From Chloroflexota bacterium (GTDB taxonomy: Bacteria; Chloroflexota; UBA11872; VXOZ01), in the NCBI GenBank assembly GCA_963663275.1, contig OY760183.1, positions 512,001 to 576,000 on the forward strand: a DNA stretch of 64,000 nt, written 5' to 3'. Positions 1 to 10,885 of this stretch are shown here, in pieces (the first letter of the stretch is position 1; the number at the start of each line of letters is the position of its first letter). The notes under the pieces are model-generated. The model was not told the origin of the DNA. It made no database searches and saw only the letters and a program-made list of their open reading frames with translations. Position numbers and translations under genes: made by a program.

Positions 1-219
1 CCACTCCTTTACCTACTATGGAGCTTGAAAAACCTGGAAAAAGTATAGATTAGCGGCTGTATACTGTCAAAGATTTGGCGCGCCTCCGAAAGGCAGCAAT
101 TAGGCGGCGGGACGCCTGCGAAACGACGGCACTGCACTCCCCCTCCCCGGTAGCGTAGGTTTGCAACCTGCGCACGCCTGCGGAGCGTATTCACCAAGCC
201 CCGCGCGCATAGCGCGGCG

Positions 220-684
220 CTAGGCCGTGGGATGCGGCGCGCGTCCGCGGGAGGCGCACCACTCCTCATACGACGGCACGTCCTCACCGACGACGTAGAG
301 AAAGTAGTACGCGCCGGTATCGCCCAGAAAGCCAAAGCGCTTGCACAGGTCCTTGACCGCGGCCTCGAAGCCGCCGTGGGAACGCAGGTAGCCCTTAAAG
401 CTCCCGTGCTCTTCCTCCAGAGCGCGCATCGCCTGGGCATTCTTGACGATGGCGGCCAGCTTGCGCCGGTTGCGGATCACGCGCTTGTCCTGCGCCAGTT
501 CGTCCAGGTCTCTCTCGCTCAGGAACGCCAGCGCGACCGGATCGAAATCGCGCATGGCCTCCTTGAGGCCGGGCCACTTGGCTTCCACCACCCGCCACGA
601 CATGCCGCTCTGAAAGATCGCCTTGCACATTACTTCCAGATAATCGGCCAGACTCTGCGGCGAGATCTTCTGCGGCGCTTCCAT
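220..684 (-). CDS. DNA-3-methyladenine glycosylase I (Tag)-like protein
   Basis: Start re-placed at ATG 684 (MEAPQKI). Motifs KAIFQSGMSWRVVEAKW, FDP, IRNRRKLAAIVKNA and KRFGFLG are typical of the Tag/HhH family. Confidence 0.8.
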   Translation of the reverse strand: MEAPQKISPQSLADYLEVMCKAIFQSGMSWRVVEAKWPGLKEAMRDFDPVALAFLSERDLDELAQDKRVIRNRRKLAAIVKNAQAMRALEEEHGSFKGYLRSHGGFEAAVKDLCKRFGFLGDTGAYYFLYVVGEDVPSYEEWCASRGRAPHPTA

Positions 685-834
685 AGTGGACTCTCCTGAT
701 AGGCGGGCAATGCAAAGACAGGTACGCGGTACCACGGGGGAACAAACGAGCGGCCCATCCAGTATGGCAGAATCGGCGGTTTTGGGCAAAACGGCAAAGA
801 AGCGGCGGGCGCTGCCCGCGGCCGCGCCCCGCGC

Positions 835-864
835 TTGTGGACAAGCCCGCGAAAGCGGTATAAT
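835..864 (+). promoter_or_regulatory. Putative sigma70 promoter of the gat operon
   Basis: Perfect TATAAT at 859-864, 31 nt upstream of the gatC GTG; only a weak -35 match. Confidence 0.45.
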
Positions 865-895
865 CGGGCGAAAGCCAACGAAAGGCAACGAACCT

Positions 896-1207
896 GTGAA
901 AGACCCAGAGCCTACCGCCGCCATTACCCGCGCCGACGTGCGGCACGTGGCAGACCTGGCGCGGCTGGCGCTTTCGGATGAAGAGGAAGCGCGTTTCCAG
1001 CATCAGCTCAGCGGCGTCTTCGCCCACTTCCAGCAACTCAGCGCGTTGGACACCGACCGCATACCTCCAACGGCGCAGGTCATCCCGCTTGAGAACGTCA
1101 TGCGGCCGGACGCGGTCGCGCCCTCGCTGCCCGCGCCGGACGTGCTCGCCAACGCGCCGGAGCGCGAAGGCGATCAGTTCCGCGTGCGCGCCATCTTGGA
1201 TTTCTAG
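896..1207 (+). CDS. gatC: Asp-tRNA(Asn)/Glu-tRNA(Gln) amidotransferase subunit C
   Basis: GTG 896 in frame; ITRADVRHVADLARLAL...ENVMRPD...LANAPEREGDQFRVRAIL; lies upstream of gatA. Confidence 0.93.
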   Translation: MKDPEPTAAITRADVRHVADLARLALSDEEEARFQHQLSGVFAHFQQLSALDTDRIPPTAQVIPLENVMRPDAVAPSLPAPDVLANAPEREGDQFRVRAILDF

Positions 1208-1251
1208 TGCCGCGTCACCTTGATTTGAGCAATAGCCAACCCCTGAGCATG

Positions 1252-1385
1252 CCCTCTCTCTCGAGGAAGAGGACTCCGCGCTCATCCCCTCTCCGGAGGA
1301 AGAGGGCCCCGCGCTTATCCCCTCTCCGGAGGAAGAAAGCTCCGCTCTTATCCCCTCTCCCTGGGGAGAGGGTTAGGGTGAGGGG
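1252..1385 (+). repeat. About 33-bp tandem repeat (3-4 degenerate units) ending in a BoxC-like CCCTCTCCC/GGGAGAGGGTTAGGGTGAGGGG element
   Basis: Units of the form ATCCCCTCTCCGGAGGAAGAGGGCCCCGCGCTT repeat between gatC and gatA. Confidence 0.8.
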
Positions 1386-1424
1386 AACCATTGGGACAAA
1401 ACCAGATTGGCCAGGCACTAATCC

Positions 1425-2899
1425 GTGAACCTCAGCGCACTCACCGTCCACGAAGCCCAAGACCGGCTGCGCGGCGGTGAAATCACGTCTATCGAACTCA
1501 CCGAGGCCGTCCTGGCGCGGATCGAGGCCGTCGACCGGACCATACGCGCCTACGTCACCGTGACTCCGGACCAGGCGCGGGAGCAGGCGCAAGCGGCCGA
1601 CGCGCGGTTCGCCCGGGAAGGCGCTTCCGCGCCGCCGTTGCTGGGCATCCCCGCCGCCATCAAAGACGTGGTCAGCACCAAGGGCGTCCGCACCACCTGC
1701 TCCTCCCGCATGTTGCGGAACTACGTGCCGCCCTACGACGCCACCGTCATGGAGAAGTTGAACGCGCAGGGCAGCGTGCTGGCGGGCAAGACCAACATGG
1801 ACGAATTTGCCATGGGTTCCAGCACCGAGCACTCGGCGTTCTTCCCCACCCGCAACCCGTGGGATACGGAACGGGTGCCGGGCGGCTCCAGCGGCGGCTC
1901 GGCGGCGGCGGTGGCGGCCGATGAAGCGATCTTTGCGCTGGGCTCCGATACCGGCGGCTCCATTCGCCAGCCGGCCGCCCTCTGCGGCGTGGTGGGCATG
2001 AAGCCGACCTACGGCCGCGTCTCGCGCTACGGCTTGGTCGCCTTCGCCTCGTCGCTGGACCAGATCGGCCCGCTCACCAAGGACGTCAGCGATTGCGCGA
2101 TTGTGCTGGAGGCGATCTGCGGCCATGACCCCCGCGACGCCACCTCCGCGCCGCGGCCCGTGCCCAACTGGCCGGAGGAGATGAAGCAGGACGTGCGCGG
2201 CCTGCGGGTGGGCGTGCCGCGCGAGTACTTTGGCAACGGCGCCGATCCGGCGGTGGAACAAGCGGTGCGCGACGCCATCGACCAGGTGGCGGCCCTGGGC
2301 GTGGAAGTGGAGGACGTTTCGCTGCCGCACACCGACCACGCGCTGGCCACCTACTACATCATCGCCCCCGCCGAGGCCAGCGCCAACCTGGCGCGCTACG
2401 ACGGCATCAAGTACGGCTACGCCGCGCAAGACGCCGAGACCATGTGGGAGGCCTACAGCCGCACCCGGGGCGAGGGTTTCGGTTCCGAGGTGAAGCGGCG
2501 CATTCTCATCGGCGCCCACGCGCTCTCCAGCGGCTACTACGACGCCTACTACCTGAAAGCCCAGAAAGTGCGAACGCTGATCGCGGAAGACTTCCGGCAG
2601 GCGTTCGCAAGCGTGGACGCGCTGGTCTGCCCCACCTCCGCCACCACGGCCTTCAAGCTGGGCGAACGCATGGACGATCCGCTGAGCATGTATCTCTCCG
2701 ACCTGTACACGCTGCCCGGCAACGTGGCGGGCCTGCCCGGCATTTCGCTGCCGTGCGGCCTCGCCGGCGGGCTGCCGGTCGGGTTGCAATTTCTAGGCCG
2801 GCCGTTTGACGAATCTACCCTCTTGCGGCTGGCGTACGCCTACGAACAAGCGAGCGGCGCCCGTTACAAACCGGCCCTCTCCCAAGGAGCAACGCACGC

Positions 2900-2903
<4 letters not shown>
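1425..2903 (+). CDS. gatA: Amidotransferase subunit A
   Basis: Amidase signature GKTNMDEFAMGSS, PGGSSGGSAAAV and GSDTGGSIRQPA; also EVKRRILIG. Confidence 0.97.
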
Positions 2904-4120
<1,217 letters not shown>

Positions 4121-4173
4121 AATTCAGAGCACTAGTTAGCATTCAGTCCACATGATTGTCTTTAGATGATTCA

Positions 4174-4328
4174 CCCTCACCCTAACCCTCTCCCTGAGGG
4201 AGAGGGGACAAGAGTCAGCCGGGCAAGGCTCTAGTTAGCCTCCACCGCTCCCTCTCCCTGAGGGAGAGGGGACAAGAGTGGCTCCCTCCGCTCCCTCTCC
4301 CTGAGGGAGAGGGCCGGGGTGAGGGGGG
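4174..4328. repeat. Cluster of BoxC-like palindromes (CCCTCTCCCTGAGGGAGAGGG x3)
   Basis: Three copies visible, two of them with CCCTCACCCTAA or GGGGTGAGGG tails. Confidence 0.85.
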
Positions 4329-4355
4329 AATCTGCGCCACCACGGGAGACGCGCC

Positions 4356-4482
4356 CATCCGGTAGCGTAGGTTTCCAACCTGCGCACATAGCGGAACTCG
4401 CGCACATCCGGTAGCGCAGGTTTCCAACCTGCGCCATCGCGGAACTCGCACACATCCGGTAGCGTAGGTTTCCAACCTGCGC
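4356..4482 (+). repeat. Three tandem GTAG-type REP palindromes (CATCCGGTAGCGYAGGTTTCCAACCTGCGC)
   Basis: GTAG tetranucleotide followed by a CGCAGGTT/AACCTGCG hairpin. Same family at ~147, 31936, 32318, 49500 (inverted), 54862, 55014 and 55197. Confidence 0.85.
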
Positions 4483-4501
4483 ACTTCGGCAAGGAGAGGC
4501 T

Positions 4502-5968
4502 ATGGAAACAACCGTAGCGGAGAAATACCGCACCGTCATCGGCCTGGAGTTCCACGTCCAGCTTTTGACGGAGAGCAAGATGTTCTGCGCGTGCAGCGCG
4601 CAGTACGCCGCCAACCCGCCGAACACCGTCGTCTGTCCGGTCTGCCTCGGCTTGCCGGGCGCGTTGCCGGTCATCAACGAGAAGGTCATCGAGTGCATCG
4701 TCATGACGGGCATGGCGCTGAACTGCACGATCCCCGAATTCGCCAAGTTCGACCGCAAGAACTATCCCTATCCCGACCTGCCCAAGGGCTACCAGATCTC
4801 CCAGTACGACCTGCCCTTCTGCATCGAAGGCAGCCTGCAACTGGACGAGGAAGACGGCGGGCGCACCATTGGCATCACGCGCGTCCATCAGGAAGAAGAC
4901 ACGGCCAAGTCCACCCACGTCACGGCGGCCAGCGGCGAACGCTATTCGCTGGTGGACTTCAACCGTTCAGGCGTGCCCCTGATGGAAGTGGTCACCGAGC
5001 CGGACATCGCCTCGCCCCAGGAGGCGGCGGCCTTTGGGCGCAAGTTGCGCCAGATCGTGCGCTATCTCGGCATCTCCACCGGCAACATGGAAGACGGCGC
5101 CATGCGCTGCGACGCCAATATCTCCATCTGGCCGGCGGAAGCGCCGCTGGGAGACATCAAAGTCGAAGTGAAGAACATGAACTCCTTCCGTGCCGTGGAG
5201 CGGGCGCTGCTCTACGAACAGGAGCGCCAGACCCGCATTCTGGAGAGCGGCAATGACACCCGCGTCACCGAGACCCGCGGCTGGGTGGAAACCACCGGCG
5301 AGACCGTATCGCAGCGCACGAAAGAGGAAGCCCACGACTACCGCTACTTTCCCGAGCCGGACCTGCCGCCTCTGAACCTCTCCCGGGACTGGGTGGACGC
5401 GGTCAGGCAGGAACTGCCGGAGTTGCCCGCCGCCAAGAAACAGCGTTTCATGGCGGAGCACGGCCTCTCGGCCTACGACGCGGCCTTGCTCACGCAATCG
5501 CGCGACCTGGCGGACTATTTCGAGGCGGCGTCCGCGCGCGCCAGGAACGCGAAGGCCGCGGCGAACTGGATGTCGCGCAATTTGCTGCAACGCCTGAACG
5601 AATCCGATACCGACATCACCGCCTGCAAGATCGCGCCGGAGGCTCTGGGCGAGATGATCCTGCTCATAGAATCGGGCGAAATCAGCAACCGCACCGCGCA
5701 GGAAGTCTTCGACAAGATGTTCGACACCGGCAAGAGCGCCCAGGCGATCGTGCAAGAACAAGGCCTGGCGCAAATCAGCGACGAGGACGCGCTGGAGGAA
5801 ATTGCCGCCCAGGTGATTGCGGAAAACCCCGCCGCTGTGCAAGACTTTAAACAGGGGAAGAAGCGCGCCGTCGGCTTCTTGGTCGGCCAGGTGATGAAAG
5901 CCACCCGCGGCAAGGCGAACCCCGGCATCGTCAATCAGAAACTGCAAGCGATGCTGCGCCGCGTTTGA
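4502..5968 (+). CDS. gatB: Amidotransferase subunit B
   Basis: VIGLEFHVQL, CPVCLGLPGALP, FDRKNYPYPDLPKGYQISQ and DYRYFPEPDLPP; C-terminal YqeY-like GFLVGQVMK. Confidence 0.97.
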   Translation: METTVAEKYRTVIGLEFHVQLLTESKMFCACSAQYAANPPNTVVCPVCLGLPGALPVINEKVIECIVMTGMALNCTIPEFAKFDRKNYPYPDLPKGYQISQYDLPFCIEGSLQLDEEDGGRTIGITRVHQEEDTAKSTHVTAASGERYSLVDFNRSGVPLMEVVTEPDIASPQEAAAFGRKLRQIVRYLGISTGNMEDGAMRCDANISIWPAEAPLGDIKVEVKNMNSFRAVERALLYEQERQTRILESGNDTRVTETRGWVETTGETVSQRTKEEAHDYRYFPEPDLPPLNLSRDWVDAVRQELPELPAAKKQRFMAEHGLSAYDAALLTQSRDLADYFEAASARARNAKAAANWMSRNLLQRLNESDTDITACKIAPEALGEMILLIESGEISNRTAQEVFDKMFDTGKSAQAIVQEQGLAQISDEDALEEIAAQVIAENPAAVQDFKQGKKRAVGFLVGQVMKATRGKANPGIVNQKLQAMLRRV

Positions 5969-6090
5969 ACCCCTCGCGGCCCGCGCGCGAGAAGCCGCCC
6001 CCACGCGATAGTCCGCCCGGCTCGACGCAGAGCCGGGGCTACGCGCCGTACCCCGGCAGAGACGCCGGTGACTCAGGAGGCAGGAGTAGC

Positions 6091-7359
6091 ATGGCAGAGC
6101 TTATCGAACAACAACCCCGCGTCAATCCGCTCACCATCGCCCTGGAACAGTTCGACCGCGCGGCGGATACCTTGCACCTGGACGACGACATGCGCAAGGT
6201 GCTGCGCGTTCCCAAGCGCGAACTGACGGTGAACTTCCCGGTGCGCATGGACGACGGCCGGCTGGAGATGTTCTCCGGCTACCGGGTGCAACACAACGTG
6301 AATCGCGGCCCGGCCAAAGGCGGCATTCGCTTCGCCCCGGACGTGGACATCGAGGAAGTGCGCGCCCTGGCCATGTGGATGACGTGGAAGTGCGCCCTGG
6401 TGGGCATTCCCTACGGCGGCGCGAAAGGCGGCGTGGCCTGCAACCCCAAGCAACTCTCCCGCACCGAACTGGAAGGCCTGACCCGGCGCTTTACCACCGA
6501 AATCTACACGCTCATCGGACCGGAGGCCGACATACCCGCGCCCGACATGAATACGGATTCCCAGATCATGGCGTGGATCATGGATACCTACAGCATGCAG
6601 CGGGGCTATTCCGTGCCCGCGGTCGTGACCGGCAAACCCCTGGAAATCGGCGGCTCCGCCGGCAGAACGGAAGCCACCGGCCGCGGCGTGACCTACGTGC
6701 TGGAAGAGGTGCTGGGCCACTACGGCGAGCGGCTGGAAGGCAAGACCATCGCCATTCAGGGCTTCGGCAACGTGGGGGCGCACGCCGCCGAGTTGCTCGC
6801 CGCCCAGGGCGCGCGGGTGGTGGCCATCTCGGACATCAGCGGCGCGGTCTACAACGCCCGGGGACTGGACGTCAACGCGGCGCTGCAAATCAAGAACGAG
6901 GGCGTACTGGTGAGCGACCTGCCCGGCGGCGAACGCATCAGCAACGACGAACTGCTGGAACTGCCGGTGGATATTCTGGTGCCGGCCGCCGTCCACGGCC
7001 AGCTTACGGCGGAGAACGCGGACCACATCCGCGCCCGCTTCATCGCCGAAGCCGCCAACGGCCCCACCACGCCCGAGGCGGACGAAATCCTGCGCGAGCG
7101 GGGCATCACGGTCATCCCGGACGTGCTCTGCAACGCCGGCGGCGTGACCGTCTCCTACTTCGAGTGGGTGCAGGGCCTCCAGTCGTTCTTCTGGGAGATC
7201 GAACAAATCCGGCGGCGGCTCAAGAGCATCCTCAGCCGCGCGACGCGCGAGACCATCGCCACCGCGGAGAAGTACGACGTAGACCTGCGCATGGGCGCGT
7301 CCGCGCTCGGCGTAAGCCGCGTGGCCGAAGCGACGATGTCTCGCGGCATCTACCCCTGA
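6091..7359 (+). CDS. gdhA: Glu/Leu/Phe/Val dehydrogenase (glutamate dehydrogenase)
   Basis: ATG 6091 after AGGAG; GPAKGGIRF, GGAKGG, DIPAPD, QGFGNVG and NAGGVTVSYFEW. Confidence 0.92.
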   Translation: MAELIEQQPRVNPLTIALEQFDRAADTLHLDDDMRKVLRVPKRELTVNFPVRMDDGRLEMFSGYRVQHNVNRGPAKGGIRFAPDVDIEEVRALAMWMTWKCALVGIPYGGAKGGVACNPKQLSRTELEGLTRRFTTEIYTLIGPEADIPAPDMNTDSQIMAWIMDTYSMQRGYSVPAVVTGKPLEIGGSAGRTEATGRGVTYVLEEVLGHYGERLEGKTIAIQGFGNVGAHAAELLAAQGARVVAISDISGAVYNARGLDVNAALQIKNEGVLVSDLPGGERISNDELLELPVDILVPAAVHGQLTAENADHIRARFIAEAANGPTTPEADEILRERGITVIPDVLCNAGGVTVSYFEWVQGLQSFFWEIEQIRRRLKSILSRATRETIATAEKYDVDLRMGASALGVSRVAEATMSRGIYP

Positions 7360-7370
7360 GCAAGCCAAAG

Positions 7371-7563
7371 GAGACCTTGCATCACCCCTTCCCCATCGAG
7401 GGCTGACAGGGGTATGTATTCTATAATCGACTTCACGTGTCATTCCGAACGGAGCGCAGCGGAGAGAGGAATCTAAGGCGCTGCATTGCAATATCATCTC
7501 TTCTAGATTCCGCGAACCCTGTTCGACGCTCCGCTCGGAATGACGGAGTTACGCAAAGGTTTC
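7371..7563. mobile_element. Composite MITE (GAGACCTTTGC-ended MITE-A carrying a truncated GGGCTGACAG-ended MITE-B)
   Basis: Ends GAGACCTTGCA and GCAAAGGTTTC. MITE-B begins at 7400 after ATCGA; internal GTCATTCC...GGAATGAC palindrome. Confidence 0.65.
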
Positions 7564-7569
7564 CAATAG

Positions 7570-7604
7570 AGAGAGGGCGGGTCGTCTGGCGACCCGCCCT
7601 CTCT
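7570..7604. terminator. Hairpin between convergent gdh and SIMPL genes
   Basis: 15-bp stem AGAGAGGGCGGGTCG / CGACCCGCCCTCTCT. Confidence 0.7.
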
Positions 7605-7646
7605 TCGATTTCACGGCTAGTCCGCCCGTTCGGCGGGCATTGCGCC

Positions 7647-8444
7647 TTACTCGATGGCAAACGTCACGCGCACGTGCGCGGTCACGCCGACCGTGCCGCC
7701 CTGCACCGGCGGGGCGTAGCCGCCGCCGTCGAAGGCCGCTTCCGCTCTGGCCGCGAACGCCCGCGCCTGCGGCCGCTCGATGTACTCCTCATTCACCATC
7801 AGGGCGTCGCCCAGCGTGACGCCCAGCGTATCGGCGATGGTCTGGGCTTTCGCCTGGGCGTCCAGCACGGCGGCGATGAGCGCGTCGGTTACGATCGCCT
7901 CCGTGTCGCTAAGGCCGAACTGGATGCCGCTCACCGTGTTCGCGCCGGCCGACACCGCCGCGTCCAGCACCTCTCCCGCCATTTCGATTTCGTGCACGGT
8001 AACGGAAACCGTGTTCTGCGCCCGGTAGCCGATGACTTCCCGCGGCCCCTCGGCAAACCGGTCCTGGTCGTCATAGACGGGATAGAGGTTGATGCCGGCA
8101 GTCTGAATGTCCTCATCTTCGATGCCGAGGTGCTGCAGTTCGTGGATGACCTCGGCCATCTGCTCGCTGTTCAGCGACAGAGCCTCCATCGCGGTATCGC
8201 CCGTGGCTTGCACCCCCAGCGAGAGGATGACCAGGTCGGGCTTGGCGCTCGCCGTGCCCTGTCCCGAAACGCTAATGCTGCGCTCGCTCGCCTCCCCATG
8301 GCCTTCGTCGACCACGGCCGCGGCCGGCGCCTCCGCTTCCGCCGCGCTGGACGCGGCCTGCACCGCCGCGGCCCCGCACGCCGGCAAGAGCAGCACGCTC
8401 GCTATAATTGCCAGCAATCCGATGAACTTCCTGGTGATACCCAC
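7647..8444 (-). CDS. SIMPL (DUF541) domain lipoprotein
   Basis: Signal peptide with LPAC lipobox; ISVSGQGTASAKPD, IQTAGINLYPVYD, GYRAQNTVSV and DAQAKAQTIA. Confidence 0.88.
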   Translation of the reverse strand: MGITRKFIGLLAIIASVLLLPACGAAAVQAASSAAEAEAPAAAVVDEGHGEASERSISVSGQGTASAKPDLVILSLGVQATGDTAMEALSLNSEQMAEVIHELQHLGIEDEDIQTAGINLYPVYDDQDRFAEGPREVIGYRAQNTVSVTVHEIEMAGEVLDAAVSAGANTVSGIQFGLSDTEAIVTDALIAAVLDAQAKAQTIADTLGVTLGDALMVNEEYIERPQARAFAARAEAAFDGGGYAPPVQGGTVGVTAHVRVTFAIE

Positions 8445-8615
8445 GACGGCCCTCCTTTTGAAAAACGATGCTTCACTACAGTGAATGGTACTCAGTTGCG
8501 GCGTAGAACGACCTTGCTACGGCTCTTACGTGAGGGCGAAGAAGCACTCTATGCCTATGCTACCATACGAAGTTGTAGGGTTGCTGATGCGAACGTCTAC
8601 CTTGGGAGAATCCCC

Positions 8616-10502
8616 GTGTCGATTCCGGTGGAAGCCGCCCGCGAGCGCATGTCCGGCGTCCCCTTGCTGCCCGGGTGCTACCTCTTTCGCGATCGCAAGG
8701 GCGCGGTGCTCTACGTGGGCAAAGCCAAGCTGCTGCGCAATCGCGTGCGGTCGTACTTCGGCCGCCAGGACCGCATGCCCTGGAAGACCCGCAGCATGGT
8801 GGAAAACGCCGCCACGCTGGAGTACATCATCACCGACACGGAGATCGAGGCGCTGGTGCTGGAGAGCAATCTCATCAAGCACCACCGCCCGCGCTACAAC
8901 GTCGTCTTGCGCGACGACAAGTCGTTTCTCTACCTCAAAGTCACCCTGAACGAACGCTACCCCCGCGTGTTGACAACCCGCCGCATCCTGGACGACGGCG
9001 CGCAATACTATGGTCCCTACACCAGCGCCTACAGCCTGCGCGACACCCTGAACCTGCTCAACCGGCTCTTTCCCTACCGGTCGTGCGCCTTGGACATGGA
9101 GAAGGAGTACGAACGCCCCTGCTTGGACTACCACATCAACCGCTGCGCCGGACCGTGCGTCGGCGCGGTGACCCAGGAGGGCTACGGCGGCATCATCGAG
9201 CAGGTCACGCGCTTCTTGGAGGGCCGGCCGGGCGACGTAATCCAGAATCTCCGCGCCGACATGCGGGAAGCGTCGGACGCGCTGGAGTTCGAACGCGCGG
9301 CGGCAATGCGCGACCGCATCCGGGCGGTTGAGCGCGTCCTGGAACGCCAAAAAATCACAAACATTAGGCAAGGGGACATCGACGTCATCGGCTTCGCCCG
9401 CGAGCACGACGAGGCCTGCGTGCAGGTCTTCAGCATTCGCGGCGGCCACCTGCTGGGACGCGAAAACTTCATCCTGGAGCACGTGTCCGACGAGGAAGAC
9501 CGGGACGTGATCCGGGACTTCCTGCAGCAGTTCTATGGCCGCAGCATGCAGATTCCCCAGGCGCTCTTCCTGCCGGTAGGCATTCGCGGCGCGGAGTTGC
9601 TGCGCGCGTGGCTGCGGGAGCGGCGCGGCGGCAGCGTGACGCTGAGTGTGCCCAAGATCGGCGAGAAGCGCCGGCTGGTGGAGTTGGCGGGAAACAACGC
9701 CCGCCAGGGCCTGCAGGACCACCGCCTGCGGCACCTGGACAGCCAGCAGCGGGCGCAGGTGGCGCTGACCGAACTGGCCGACACGCTGGATCTGGACGCG
9801 CCGCCGGTGCGCATCGAGTGCTACGACATTTCGAACATACAAGGCGCGTACACGGTGGGCGCGATGGCGGTGTTCGTTGCCGGTCTGCCGAGCACCGGCG
9901 ACTACCGCCGCTTCCGCATCAACTCCGTAGACGGCCCCAACGACTACGCCAGCTTGCAGGAGATGCTGACCCGGCGGCTGAAACGCCTCAGCGAGCAGCG
10001 CGCGGAGGAGGAGACGGGAAAAGAAGAGAAGGCTGCGGACGGGCAGGTGGATGCGGACGCCCTGGACTCATGGGGCATGAAGCCCGATTTGCTCGTGATC
10101 GACGGCGGCAAGGGGCAACTCAACGCGGTGCTGGAGGTGCTGGCGAACCTGGCCCTGCACGATATTCCGGCTCTGGGTCTGGCCAAGCAGCGCGAGGAGA
10201 TTTTTCTCCCCGGCGCGCCCCGGCCGATTACCCTGGAGGAACGGTCCGAGGCGCGCAAACTGCTGCAACGCATCCGCGACGAGGCCCACCGCTTCGCGAT
10301 TACCTACCACCGCACGGTGCGCACCAAGCACACCCTCGGTTCCCTGCTCGATAAAGTGCCCGGCATTGGCGTCAAGCGGAAAGTGGCGCTGCTGCAGCAC
10401 TTTGGCAGCGTGGACGCGATCCGGGAGGCGTCGGTCGAGGTCCTGGCCGGCGCGCCCAAGATGAACCGCTCCGTGGCGGAGAAGGTGAAGGAACACCTGT
10501 AA
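8616..10502 (+). CDS. uvrC: Excinuclease ABC subunit C
   Basis: GTG 8616 after GGGAGA. GIY-YIG PGCYLF..VLYVGKAK.LRNRVRSYF, UVR domain, RIECYDISN, DGGKGQ, RIRDEAHRFA and HhH. Confidence 0.96.
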   Translation: MSIPVEAARERMSGVPLLPGCYLFRDRKGAVLYVGKAKLLRNRVRSYFGRQDRMPWKTRSMVENAATLEYIITDTEIEALVLESNLIKHHRPRYNVVLRDDKSFLYLKVTLNERYPRVLTTRRILDDGAQYYGPYTSAYSLRDTLNLLNRLFPYRSCALDMEKEYERPCLDYHINRCAGPCVGAVTQEGYGGIIEQVTRFLEGRPGDVIQNLRADMREASDALEFERAAAMRDRIRAVERVLERQKITNIRQGDIDVIGFAREHDEACVQVFSIRGGHLLGRENFILEHVSDEEDRDVIRDFLQQFYGRSMQIPQALFLPVGIRGAELLRAWLRERRGGSVTLSVPKIGEKRRLVELAGNNARQGLQDHRLRHLDSQQRAQVALTELADTLDLDAPPVRIECYDISNIQGAYTVGAMAVFVAGLPSTGDYRRFRINSVDGPNDYASLQEMLTRRLKRLSEQRAEEETGKEEKAADGQVDADALDSWGMKPDLLVIDGGKGQLNAVLEVLANLALHDIPALGLAKQREEIFLPGAPRPITLEERSEARKLLQRIRDEAHRFAITYHRTVRTKHTLGSLLDKVPGIGVKRKVALLQHFGSVDAIREASVEVLAGAPKMNRSVAEKVKEHL

Positions 10503-10532
10503 TTGCCCCCTCACCCTAACCCTCTCCCCCAG

Positions 10533-10672
10533 GAGACCTTTGCAAAGCTCCGTCATTCCGGCGAAAGCCGGAATCCAGAGGGCTTTTGCAACGAAACATA
10601 GCATGATGTCAAGCCATTTCACCCCCATCCCAACCTTCCCCCTCGATGGGGAAGGGGTTATGCAAATGGCTC
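10533..10672. mobile_element. MITE-A (~140 bp) inserted in a BoxC-like hairpin
   Basis: Ends GAGACCTTTGCA and TGCAAATGGCTC; CCCAG duplicated at 10528-10532 and 10673-10677. Removal restores CCCTCTCCC-CCA-GGGAGAGGG. Confidence 0.75.
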
Positions 10673-10857
10673 CCCAGGGAGAGGGAATCGGAGCAGCGCC
10701 GGATTGGCGCGACCATCCGTTTGTGTGTGGTCGACCTGTTCGTGCGTGGCCGACCTGTCTGTGCGTGGCCGTCCGTTCGTGGTGAGCCTGTCGAACCATG
10801 AACGGACGGTGGCGCGGACGGAAACCAACCGCTCTGCGCACAGGTTACCTTCAGGCG

Positions 10858-10885
10858 GTAGGGGCACGACATGTCGTGCCCCTAC
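10858..10885. repeat. GTAG-type palindrome GTAGGGGCACGACATGTCGTGCCCCTAC
   Basis: Perfect palindrome; further copies at ~41676 and ~58317. Confidence 0.8.

Noticed and set aside
4356-4482. Possible mini CRISPR array (three ~30-bp palindromic repeats)
   Set aside because: Spacers are only ~19 nt and similar to each other, the repeat is a dispersed GTAG-type REP, and there are no cas genes.
7437-8615. 1021-aa ORF suggesting a long N-terminal extension of UvrC
   Set aside because: The extension is the antisense of the SIMPL gene plus MITE sequence; an RBS and GTG at 8616 give a normal-length UvrC.
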